From an uncultured Mucilaginibacter sp. (GTDB lineage Bacteria; Bacteroidota; Bacteroidia; Sphingobacteriales; Sphingobacteriaceae), in contig CAJYSL010000266.1 of NCBI GenBank assembly GCA_913777515.1, positions 2,550 to 66,549 on the forward strand: a DNA stretch of 64,000 bases, read 5' to 3'. Positions 7,834-15,904 of the stretch are shown in pieces. The notes beneath the pieces are model-generated. The model saw only the letters and a list, made by a program, of their open reading frames with translations. It was not told the origin of the DNA and did no database searches. Numbering within the stretch: the stretch's first letter is position 1; each line of letters begins with the position of its first letter. The translations under genes were made by a program, and so were the position numbers.

Positions 7834-9806
7834 GTGAAATAAGAAAGCTACTTACTGATTTGGGTATCGAACTGCGAAGCATAAGAACTACAGGTAAAAC
7901 ACTTTGCCCAAAGTGTTCGCATGATAGAAAGCATAAGACTCAACCATGTTTAAACGTAAATTTAATTGATGGTACTTACAAGTGCCATAATTGCGACTGG
8001 AAGGGCCGAGTATTCGAACGATCATCGACCGAAAAGAGAATTTACGTCAAGCCGGTTTTTAACAACCGGACTGAACTCTCGAAAAAAATGGTTGACTGGT
8101 TTGCATCCAGGTCGATAGGACAAAGTACACTTATTGATTTCAAGGTAACCGAAGATAACGAATGGATGCCGCAGGTTTATTCGGAAAAATTCAAAATCTT
8201 TACCGACCAAGGTAAAAGCGAAGACGAGGCAAAACGTTTAGCCAAACCGTTAGGCACCGTTAACACTATTCAGTTTAACTACTTCCGAAACGGCGAACTC
8301 ATCAACATTAAGTACCGGGATGGAAGGAAAAACTTTAAGCTGGCTAAAGATGCGGAACTAATATTTTACAACCTGGACGCCATAAAAGGCGCGAAAAAAA
8401 TCATTATCTGCGAAGGTGAGATTGACGCCATGTCATGGCATGAGGCCGGGTTTAAGGCTGTTATAAGCGTTCCTAATGGTGCCATCAAAGCAACTGAGGG
8501 CAGCGCCCCTAAACTGGAATACTTAGATAACTGCATTGAGCTATTGCAGGAAGCCGATGTTATTTACATTTCATCAGATGACGATGTTCCCGGCCGTGCG
8601 TTACGTGACGAGCTGGCCCGTAGGCTGGATGTATCAAGGTGCCGAATGCTCGATTTCGGCGGCGAGAAAGATGCCAATGATTATCTTAAGGCCTACGGCC
8701 CGGAAAGGTTATTAGGATTACTTGAGCAGTCGAAAGAGTTTCCAATTACCGGCGTTATCAGCATTGCCGATGTTTGGGACGGTGTATTAGATTTCTGGGA
8801 AAATGGACTCCCTGACGGCGACCGCACCGGTATAGAGCAAATTGACAATCACATCCGGTTTATGCCTGGAGAATTAACGATGGTTACCGGCATTCCTGGG
8901 CATGGTAAGTCTGTTGTGCTGGAGCAAATAAGCTTAAAGCTTTGTATCAATGCCAATTGGAAGTTTGGCGTTTTTTCCCCTGAAAGCTTTCCGATTGAGC
9001 TATATATTTTTAGGCTTATAAAGAAAATTGTCGGCTGCGAGGTCACCAAGAACAACATATCGCGGGAAGATATGGACAACCTCAAAGGCTGGCTGATAGA
9101 GCACTTTTTTATCATCTATCCGGAGGATGAGGGTTTTATTTTGGATATCTTACTGGCTAAGGCGAAGCAACTGGTACAGATGCGAGGGATTAACGGATTA
9201 ATTTTAGACCCTTGGAATCGTATCGAGGGAAGCCGCCCAGCTGGCATGGATGAAGGTAGGTTTACCGCCGAGCAGCTCATCAAGATTACCAAGTTCAATC
9301 AGCGTAACGGGGTTCATACTTTTTTGGTAGCCCACCCGACGAAAATGCAGAAGGCTAAAGATAAAGACAACCAAGAACTAAAGGTGTTTGAGGTACCGAA
9401 CTTGTACAGTATTTCCGGTTCAGCTCACTTTTTCAATATCACTCAGAATGGGTTCACGGTATATAAAAACGAAAACACCAAGGAAACCGAGCTCCATGTA
9501 CAAAAAATAAAATGGGAGCATTTAGGCCGGAAAGGAATGATAGTCTTCCGATTTGTACCCCAGAATACGCGTATCATGCCAAAGCTTGAAACCCAGACAG
9601 ACATTCAGCGGGGATATTTGGAGGCAGACACCGAAAGCTGGTTACCTAATTTGGCTAACGCAACAAACACCACCACTTCTAATGGCAACGCTTTTCCAAA
9701 TCCACAAGCCGGGCTTTTGAGATTCAATTCCCCGCCTGGAAACGAAAATGCCATCTGGAACCGACCAGAAATAAACCATGATTATGACGAAGAACCGCCT
9801 TTTTAA
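7830..9806 (+). CDS. Primase-helicase, T7 gp4/Twinkle-like
   Basis: Zn finger CPKC..CHNC, Toprim ICEGEID and DDD, KDANDYL, Walker A GIPGHGKS, LILDP, LVAHP. Confidence 0.92.
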   Translation: MSEIRKLLTDLGIELRSIRTTGKTLCPKCSHDRKHKTQPCLNVNLIDGTYKCHNCDWKGRVFERSSTEKRIYVKPVFNNRTELSKKMVDWFASRSIGQSTLIDFKVTEDNEWMPQVYSEKFKIFTDQGKSEDEAKRLAKPLGTVNTIQFNYFRNGELINIKYRDGRKNFKLAKDAELIFYNLDAIKGAKKIIICEGEIDAMSWHEAGFKAVISVPNGAIKATEGSAPKLEYLDNCIELLQEADVIYISSDDDVPGRALRDELARRLDVSRCRMLDFGGEKDANDYLKAYGPERLLGLLEQSKEFPITGVISIADVWDGVLDFWENGLPDGDRTGIEQIDNHIRFMPGELTMVTGIPGHGKSVVLEQISLKLCINANWKFGVFSPESFPIELYIFRLIKKIVGCEVTKNNISREDMDNLKGWLIEHFFIIYPEDEGFILDILLAKAKQLVQMRGINGLILDPWNRIEGSRPAGMDEGRFTAEQLIKITKFNQRNGVHTFLVAHPTKMQKAKDKDNQELKVFEVPNLYSISGSAHFFNITQNGFTVYKNENTKETELHVQKIKWEHLGRKGMIVFRFVPQNTRIMPKLETQTDIQRGYLEADTESWLPNLANATNTTTSNGNAFPNPQAGLLRFNSPPGNENAIWNRPEINHDYDEEPPF

Positions 9807-9817
9807 GATTTCAACAC

Positions 9818-10105
9818 ATGACGAACGAAAATAAAATTGCTTTAGTTAAACAGCTTTACGGCGCTCATGAAAATGCTATCGTTGCATTCATTCAAAGCTC
9901 TTGTAAGATTGAATGCGAAAAGTTAGAGCAGCAAGGGAATCTGCATAAGCTTAGCCCTGATATCTTGAAAGAGTTTGTACACGATCAAATTTACTCAGTC
10001 ATCAACTGGTATGAGGATCATGTAAAATCATTGGCTGAAGATGAGGTTTCGACGGCGAATGAAGTAGATGCAATTATTAACGCCCCTATTCCACCATCAC
10101 AATAA
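9818..10105 (+). CDS. Hypothetical phage protein
   Basis: ORF track; operon position. Confidence 0.55.
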   Translation: MTNENKIALVKQLYGAHENAIVAFIQSSCKIECEKLEQQGNLHKLSPDILKEFVHDQIYSVINWYEDHVKSLAEDEVSTANEVDAIINAPIPPSQ

Positions 10106-10143
10106 ACATCAAAAAAATTTTAATCCATTTAAATAGTAAACCA

Positions 10144-10359
10144 ATGAACTTTATTAAAGTAAAACTCAAAATTGACAGTCAAAGAAATCGGGAAACAGTT
10201 ATCAACGCTGACCGCATTATAAGCGCTTACGCTTTAGGTGATGGAAATATGACTATGCTTGTTACCCTGGATGACACCGAAGGCCCGGTTACTGTTCTTG
10301 AATCATTTAGGGAAGTACAAGCAAAATTGGGCATTAAGGTCGACCGATTTGTTCAATAA
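10144..10359 (+). CDS. Small beta-rich hypothetical protein
   Basis: INADRII...VLESFREV pattern seen in small FlbD-like proteins. Confidence 0.55.
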   Translation: MNFIKVKLKIDSQRNRETVINADRIISAYALGDGNMTMLVTLDDTEGPVTVLESFREVQAKLGIKVDRFVQ

Positions 10360-10388
10360 GGTACATTACGTGACAAAGTGTTGAACAG

Positions 10389-10415
10389 GGCATTCATTCT
10401 TTGGATGCCTTTTTT
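10389..10415 (+). terminator. Probable intrinsic terminator
   Basis: GGCATTCA-TTCTT-TGGATGCC followed by T6. Confidence 0.6.
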
Positions 10416-10429
10416 ATTACACTTACTGT

Positions 10430-10714
10430 ATGAATGATCAAATTATCACCCTTTTAAGGGAAGCTTTTCGAGCTGAATTATTAATTATTAAAGAAGAGAT
10501 AATCAAAGAAGTCAAAGAATTACTGGAAGCCCAAAAGGAGCCAGAGGAACCTAACGAAATTCTCACATTAAAAGAAGCAGCATTTAGGCTGAAGATTTCG
10601 CAAAGTACTTTAAATAGAAAAAAAGCTTTTTATGGTGCATTTAACGTTGGCCGATCAATCCGTTTCAACTCTAAAGTTATAGATGAACGACACAATAAGA
10701 ACCATCTTACGTAA
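10430..10714 (+). CDS. Excisionase-like MerR/HTH_17 DNA-binding protein
   Basis: ILTLKEAAFRLKISQSTLNR...VGRSIRF. Confidence 0.8.
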   Translation: MNDQIITLLREAFRAELLIIKEEIIKEVKELLEAQKEPEEPNEILTLKEAAFRLKISQSTLNRKKAFYGAFNVGRSIRFNSKVIDERHNKNHLT

Positions 10715-10816
10715 ATACGGAAACAAAAAGACCTGAGGCGATGCAATTGCTTTTTAATAATAGGTTGAAAATGCCTGGCGCGATTTCGAGCTTTTATTTT
10801 TTGTTTTAAGCGATAT

Positions 10817-12073
10817 TTAAAGATACCAGGCTGTATTCATGATTTTATGTTGTAATTCGCCGTAATTTGAAGAATATATAATGTCTAAAAGCTTGCTCAC
10901 TAAGTCGTCAAGATATTTTTCATTGTATCCTAGTTCAATCAAATTACTCCATAGATAGTTTCTGATGCTTAAATATTGAGAATATGACCGCGCTGATTTG
11001 AATGCCTCAAAACTACTAATATCATAACCGAAAATGTCGTTCAAATAGTTTAATATATATTGACTTGGCACCAATCGCCTATTGAATTCATCAAACATAA
11101 CCTCGGGCTTTTTTGAGAATTCGTCTGATCTCACATTATCATCGCCATTTGCTGTAATAACAGATTCCGTTGATACATCATAAAGCTTATTCATTGCCAA
11201 TTCAGCATCTAAAACAAATAACAAATGGCGTGTATTTCTATAGAAATTTTCAATATAATTGATTAACGGCCCGCCATCAACATGCATCCAATCGCCTTTT
11301 TTTATATCATTTGTTAAGAATATGATGTCTTTATTATTAGCTAAGGCGTAATCCATCATTTCATGAAAAATTATAAAATCGCCAGAAGGGTCATCTTTTT
11401 CTTTAATATCTCCCGCTCCTGGAAACATTAAGACTGGTTGTATCAATTTTGATGAAACTCCTGGATTGTCTTTGATTAGAATATCAAGCTCTTTTTTTAA
11501 ATTTTTTACGTATTCTTCTGTTAGGGGTGGCGCTTTTACTAACTGGTTTACTTTGTTCATTAATTCATCATAATATAGCAATTCATGATGTAGTCCTTTA
11601 TTTTTTTTGCTTAAATCAGATAGCGCTGTTTCAATGTCGTTACCATTTTTAACATAAGCATCCATCAAGTTTTGAATTGGAGGGGCGGTAAGAAGTAGTT
11701 TTTTATTGTTGTTATAAAATGCGTTAACTTGATTGAGCAATTCTTTAAATTCTTTTTGCAATTTGACGGTTAATGCATTCTCGTACGTGCGAATGGCACC
11801 CTCTCGATTTCTCAAATATTCTACTTCTACTTGAGATGAAATGACAATTCTAGTTGAATCGCTACCAAACAATTGAAGTACCTTTGCTTGAGCTTCTGAT
11901 GACATTGTATAAAATCTCAACAGAAAATTAGTATCAATGAAAATCGCAAAGTCGCCTTTTAACAGAAGCGCATCTTCAAATTTGGATTTATATTCGGCAA
12001 GAATACTGATTTGTTCAGCTATAGTACCCTTCCCTCTTTCACGTAGAAAGCTAGTTGTGACAGGTTCAGACAT
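10817..12073 (-). CDS. PIN-like domain protein (DUF4935-type), putative nuclease
   Basis: IFIDTNFLL, QVEVEYLRNR, FPG..D..K.DPSGDFIIF and IFLTNDIKKGDW motifs; AT-rich; antisense to the early operon. Confidence 0.8.
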   Translation of the reverse strand: MSEPVTTSFLRERGKGTIAEQISILAEYKSKFEDALLLKGDFAIFIDTNFLLRFYTMSSEAQAKVLQLFGSDSTRIVISSQVEVEYLRNREGAIRTYENALTVKLQKEFKELLNQVNAFYNNNKKLLLTAPPIQNLMDAYVKNGNDIETALSDLSKKNKGLHHELLYYDELMNKVNQLVKAPPLTEEYVKNLKKELDILIKDNPGVSSKLIQPVLMFPGAGDIKEKDDPSGDFIIFHEMMDYALANNKDIIFLTNDIKKGDWMHVDGGPLINYIENFYRNTRHLLFVLDAELAMNKLYDVSTESVITANGDDNVRSDEFSKKPEVMFDEFNRRLVPSQYILNYLNDIFGYDISSFEAFKSARSYSQYLSIRNYLWSNLIELGYNEKYLDDLVSKLLDIIYSSNYGELQHKIMNTAWYL

Positions 12074-12077
12074 GCTG

Positions 12078-12085
12078 CAAAATTA
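12078..12085 (-). promoter_or_regulatory. -7 promoter box for the PIN gene
   Basis: TAATTTTG on the minus strand, 4 nt before the ATG. Confidence 0.6.
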
Positions 12086-12134
12086 TAAGAGAAATTAATG
12101 TTTGCAAGTTTTATATTTCCCTACCTTTACCTCC

Positions 12135-12368
12135 ATGTCCCCACAAGAAATAGACGACATGGAGCAGTGGTTTACTGACCAAGAATTGCCGAAATCATAC
12201 CGTATTAGCCGGGCGTTCTACCTGGCAGATGTGCGGAATCACTTAAAATTGGAATTTAATTACCTGCGGGAAAACTTGCATAAGCCGTTACAGGCCGGAC
12301 CGGTTATAGAACGCTTACAGACACTACAACGTCACTTCAAAGGCGAACTATCCTACCCACAAGATTAA
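12135..12368 (+). CDS. Small hypothetical protein (ATG 12135 preferred)
   Basis: MSPQEIDDMEQWFTDQELP...; TACCTTTA promoter-like box just upstream. Confidence 0.55.
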   Translation: MSPQEIDDMEQWFTDQELPKSYRISRAFYLADVRNHLKLEFNYLRENLHKPLQAGPVIERLQTLQRHFKGELSYPQD

Positions 12369-12371
12369 TGG

Positions 12372-12611
12372 TCAGGCTTCTGGTGAATAATGGGCTTGTA
12401 TTATCAAGGCGATGGTGCCAATCATTTCTTCATCCAGTGGTTCGCCGCTTTGCTGCTGCCAAACTGCTTTATCATCTTTAAAAATGAAGTCGCCTAGGTA
12501 AGCACCGTTTAGAAAAAACATGTAAAGGTCGTCGAGGGGCTCAACCCTGCAAATAACAGGGAGTTCTTTAACACTAGGGTAGTTGAATTCAAACATAGAT
12601 CGTAACGGCAT
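12372..12611 (-). CDS. Small hypothetical protein
   Basis: ORF track; globular-looking acidic protein. Confidence 0.55.
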   Translation of the reverse strand: MPLRSMFEFNYPSVKELPVICRVEPLDDLYMFFLNGAYLGDFIFKDDKAVWQQQSGEPLDEEMIGTIALIIQAHYSPEA

Positions 12612-12686
12612 TGATGGACTAATGTATTAAAAAGCTCAAAATCTGATATAGTTTAGTTGATTTTGTTTCCGAGCCGTTGTTATTCT

Positions 12687-13064
12687 TTATGCAACCGGTG
12701 GCAATGGGACTGGTTTTTTCTCGTGAATATGATACGGGAATATGCCTTCCAGCCCGTCACACCTAATAGTTATAGAAATATAGAGGTTTTTAATCTTTCG
12801 CCTGGTTGCTGTTGATTCTACAGCCTTAATCGCCCGGTCAGCCATGGCTTTACTGCTCCTTTTAAAGTTGTCGGCGTTGAAGTATTTTGCTTTGTATTCC
12901 GGTTTGAAAGAATTCAGGGTAATAATTACACCATCGGCAAAGGATGCAGTTATAGGATACGGATTCATGCTGACACCATCTTTAAACTTTTGAGAATACC
13001 AAAAGTACTCCATGATGTTCACAGGTATCATGTCGTAAAAGTCGTAAATGTTCTCAGGTGTCAT
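12687..13064 (-). CDS. Hypothetical protein (ATG 13064 preferred)
   Basis: ORF track; divergent from the 13125 gene across a palindromic spacer. Confidence 0.55.
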   Translation of the reverse strand: MTPENIYDFYDMIPVNIMEYFWYSQKFKDGVSMNPYPITASFADGVIITLNSFKPEYKAKYFNADNFKRSSKAMADRAIKAVESTATRRKIKNLYISITIRCDGLEGIFPYHIHEKKPVPLPPVA

Positions 13065-13095
13065 CGCAAAACAAATCTGCAAACAAATTTCTAAT

Positions 13096-13120
13096 TACTA
13101 AAAATATTAGCATAAATTTG
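13096..13120 (+). promoter_or_regulatory. CTAA-N5-TTAG palindrome (SOS-like box) abutting a -7 promoter box
   Basis: TACTAA-AAATA-TTAGCA (13096-13112), then TAAATTTG (13113-13120), then ATG at 13125. Confidence 0.65.
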
Positions 13121-13124
13121 TTTT

Positions 13125-13556
13125 ATGGAACGTCGTTTTACCCTCCGATTAAAGTCACCATACAGCAACATCGAAATAATTGTGTGCAAGGAATTAAGCT
13201 TGGAGATTGAAGCCGTACCTATTACAGGCAAGACATTGCCCGGCAACGCAACGTTCGTGATGCAATGGGGAAAAGATATTATGCACTTCAATGTGCTGGG
13301 TGACGTTGTCTCAACCTGGAGCCGTGAATTATTCGAAGAGGCTATTAACTGGCATGTAACTAAAAATCTGCGTAGGGAAATGGTACCGTTGCAGGGCGGC
13401 GGCCCGGACATCCCACCCAGTTGGTTTGATTCCGAAGACGGATTTGAACAAACCGAACCATGGAGCGAGGAAGAACGTGCCTGGCAGCAGCATATCAGCG
13501 ACGACCAGCGCAAGTACGATGTGGCTGACCGCTTGGCAAACATGGTAGGACAGTAA
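13125..13556 (+). CDS. Hypothetical protein with acidic C-terminus
   Basis: 143-aa ORF with its own promoter and operator. Confidence 0.65.
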   Translation: MERRFTLRLKSPYSNIEIIVCKELSLEIEAVPITGKTLPGNATFVMQWGKDIMHFNVLGDVVSTWSRELFEEAINWHVTKNLRREMVPLQGGGPDIPPSWFDSEDGFEQTEPWSEEERAWQQHISDDQRKYDVADRLANMVGQ

Positions 13557-13588
13557 GCTTGCATTGAAACATCACAACAAATCAGCGT

Positions 13589-13615
13589 AGGATATTCTAA
13601 ATATCCTTACCTTAG
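13589..13615 (+). promoter_or_regulatory. Operator-like inverted repeat and promoter-like box for the SRAP gene
   Basis: AGGATATT-CTA-AATATCCT (13589-13607), then TACCTTAG 3 nt before the ATG. Confidence 0.5.
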
Positions 13616-13618
13616 GGC

Positions 13619-14341
13619 ATGTGCTATCATTACACCGTTACCTCAACACCGAAAGATTTCTCAGTTCGTTTTGACGCTAACATCATTGATGAGTATGATG
13701 CTATTTACCATTCGGACGGGTTCGCTCATAATGATATGCCGGTAATTACCGCTGATGACCCGAAAGGAATTCAGGCTTATAGCTGGGGTTTAATTCCGCA
13801 TTGGGTAAAGACAGAAGCTGAAGCACAACAGATTCGCAACAGAACGCTTAATGCGAGAAGTGAAACTGTATTCAGCTTACCATCATTCAAATTGTATATT
13901 CCTAAAAAGCGTTGCTTGATATTAGCTAATGGCTTCTTTGAATGGATGCACGTAGGGAAAGAAAAATATCCTCACTTTATCTACCGTAAGGACAAGCAGC
14001 CATTCGCATTCGCCGGGATTTATTCACATTGGAAGAATCCAGAAACAGACCGGGTGCATAGAACATATTCTATGATTACGACAGACGCTAATAATCTGAT
14101 GGCTAAAATACATAACACCGCGAAACGCATGCCGGTAGTTTTAAGGCCCGATCAGGAACGGCGGTGGTTAGAGCAAGATTTGCTTAAAGAAGAAATAAAG
14201 GACTTAATGTTACCGTTAGAAGATGGCATTTTAGAGGCTCATCCGGTGTCGAAACTAATCACCAGCAGAAAGGAATCATCAAACCAACCTCGGGTGATGG
14301 AGCCATTTCATTATGACGGATTGGAAGACGTATTGTCTTAA
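13619..14341 (+). CDS. SOS response-associated peptidase (SRAP/HMCES/YedK family)
   Basis: N-terminal MC (Cys2), WGLIPHW, NARSETV, RCLILANGFFEW, IHN..KRMPVVL. Confidence 0.93.
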   Translation: MCYHYTVTSTPKDFSVRFDANIIDEYDAIYHSDGFAHNDMPVITADDPKGIQAYSWGLIPHWVKTEAEAQQIRNRTLNARSETVFSLPSFKLYIPKKRCLILANGFFEWMHVGKEKYPHFIYRKDKQPFAFAGIYSHWKNPETDRVHRTYSMITTDANNLMAKIHNTAKRMPVVLRPDQERRWLEQDLLKEEIKDLMLPLEDGILEAHPVSKLITSRKESSNQPRVMEPFHYDGLEDVLS

Positions 14342-14381
14342 GTATAATAAGTCTCTTGTTAAAGATGTATTTTAAGCTTCA

Positions 14382-14666
14382 TTACTTTCTTCGGCGAAAT
14401 CCATTACGCTCTAAAACGTCTTTAACAAAAGATGGCACGAACAGCAATTTATGACCTATGGAGCTCGCCCCCAACAATACTCTTTTTCGATACACGGTAT
14501 TTTTGGAATACCCCGTGTACTCCATTACATCTTCGACAGACCACATTTTATCGTCGTCCGGGTCTACCACTTTAATTTCCGGCTTCAATTCGGCAATAAT
14601 GGAAGCTTTAAAATCTTCAAGTATAGCTTTCAGCGCCTCAACAGATATTACAACAATTTCTGACAT
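14382..14666 (-). CDS. Second excisionase-like HTH_17 protein (ATG 14666 preferred)
   Basis: MWSVEDVMEYTGYSKNTVYR...IGHKLLF. Confidence 0.78.
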   Translation of the reverse strand: MSEIVVISVEALKAILEDFKASIIAELKPEIKVVDPDDDKMWSVEDVMEYTGYSKNTVYRKRVLLGASSIGHKLLFVPSFVKDVLERNGFRRRK

Positions 14667-14711
14667 GTTATTTAAATAAATGCTGCCAATGTACAAAACG
14701 GCTACCGCGAT

Positions 14712-14855
14712 TTAATGGCCAAACCAAAGCTTATAAACGCCCGGCCCGTAGATATATGCCAAAGTATGAATGGCGATTAAACTGAGCAGCAACAGTATTA
14801 TACCAATGTGAACTAACACACGCGCCTGCCGGTATTGCTTTTCGTTTTGTATCAT
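14712..14855 (-). CDS. 47-aa single-pass membrane peptide
   Basis: Manual translation MIQNEKQYRQARVLVHIGIILLLLSLIAIHTLAYIYGPGVYKLWFGH; below the ORF-track cutoff. Confidence 0.5.
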   Translation of the reverse strand: MIQNEKQYRQARVLVHIGIILLLLSLIAIHTLAYIYGPGVYKLWFGH

Positions 14856-14981
14856 ACCCTAAATTATGGAAAAAGCCCGCTTATCTAGAGGGCGATGAGC
14901 TTAGAAAACAAAATCAGACGGCCCAGGCGGCCGTTAAGTAATCTTTCAACGACACCGGCTACTACATTTTTTATACAGTAT

Positions 14982-15022
14982 AATATTCAATTATTGAATT
15001 AATTGAATATTTTGTATCTTTA
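14982..15022 (+). promoter_or_regulatory. Operator-like inverted repeat and putative late promoter
   Basis: AATATTCAATTA-N6-TAATTGAATATT (14982-15011), then TATCTTTA, 14 nt before the tRNA. Confidence 0.55.
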
Positions 15023-15036
15023 GCATAGTTAAGTAT

Positions 15037-15111
15037 TGCGAGGTGGTAGCAGTTGGTTAGCTCGTCGGGCTCATAACCCGAAGGCCGCCGGTTCGAGTCC
15101 GGCTCTCGCAA
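15037..15111 (+). tRNA. tRNA-Met(CAT), initiator (fMet)-type, phage-encoded
   Basis: Cloverleaf; anticodon arm TCGGG-CTCATAA-CCCGA with three consecutive G:C pairs; T arm GCCGG-TTCGAGT-CCGGC; CCA not encoded. Confidence 0.88.
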
Positions 15112-15299
15112 CTTTTCCTTATGCTTTGGTGACTTTGGTTTATCATCTTGTGTTGCTCTGAATACCAGGTTGCATCATGCCTACGGGATAGGCTGAGTGA
15201 AATATTTACACAATAAGAGGGGGTGGTACTCAGGGCGTCTGTTGTCGTCCGATTTTCTCAGTGGTGTAACCGAAAGACGGCCGGGAAAGACCGGCGCTT
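15112..15299 (+). ncRNA. Putative structured non-coding RNA between the phage tRNAs
   Basis: No ORF of 60 aa or more; several stems (GCCTA/TAGGC, CTGAGTG/TACTCAG, CCG-AAAGA-CGG, GCCGG-GAAAGA-CCGGC). Confidence 0.5.
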
Positions 15300-15371
15300 G
15301 CTATGTTAGTTTAACTGGTAAAATACCTGACTTGTAATCAGGGGTTTGAGGTTCGAGACCTTGCCGTAGCT
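15300..15371 (+). tRNA. tRNA-Thr(TGT), phage-encoded, weakly paired
   Basis: Anticodon arm CCTGA-CTTGTAA-TCAGG, T loop TTCGAGA, C2:G71 Thr identity pair; several G:U pairs and one U:C mismatch. Confidence 0.75.
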
Positions 15372-15390
15372 CTACTAATCAAAGATAATT

Positions 15391-15876
15391 ATGAACACTG
15401 TTTACCAATGGCAGGGGGAAGATGTTAGTGTAAGTTTTGGCTATGTTTATCAAAATGAAAACTTAGATAAACCTTCGTATTGGTACAACTTTGAATGTAA
15501 TAACACACGCGAATTAGACGGCACATATAAACCAAATACAATCCTCCATACTAACGGTAAGCGTGTTGCATTGCTACCAGCTGTTCAAGTCTCCTACAAA
15601 TCAGAGAAACCCTTTTTAATCGCTAATCATTACGGCATTGGTGTACATAAGCTTATAAATGGTGGCTGGCCCAATTATGCCCACTTCTCACTTAATGGTG
15701 AATTTGTTACTGATGCCGCACCCTATTTTGAAATAAGGCAATTTGACATACGGGGTTACGAAACCCACGAAGCCGCGCGTAAGGCATGGCAGAAAAAAAC
15801 GTACCCTAATGAGTTTGCGAAGTCGGAAGCCTTGCGGGCATCAATGAGAACCTTTATGAAGAATGTTGTCAAGTAG
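15391..15876 (+). CDS. Hypothetical protein upstream of terminase
   Basis: 161-aa ORF with no recognised motif. Confidence 0.65.
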   Translation: MNTVYQWQGEDVSVSFGYVYQNENLDKPSYWYNFECNNTRELDGTYKPNTILHTNGKRVALLPAVQVSYKSEKPFLIANHYGIGVHKLINGGWPNYAHFSLNGEFVTDAAPYFEIRQFDIRGYETHEAARKAWQKKTYPNEFAKSEALRASMRTFMKNVVK

Positions 15877-15904
15877 TCCGTTTACCTTTACCACACTTTA
15901 CTAA

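Noticed and set aside
13091-13564. 157-aa minus-strand ORF
   Set aside because: Shadow of the 13125-13556 gene, which has a promoter and operator; Ser/Cys-rich, non-protein-like composition
1-15371. Functional link between host thrS near the left att and the phage tRNA-Thr
   Set aside because: The integration site is set by tRNA-Leu; nothing in the sequence supports more than coincidence
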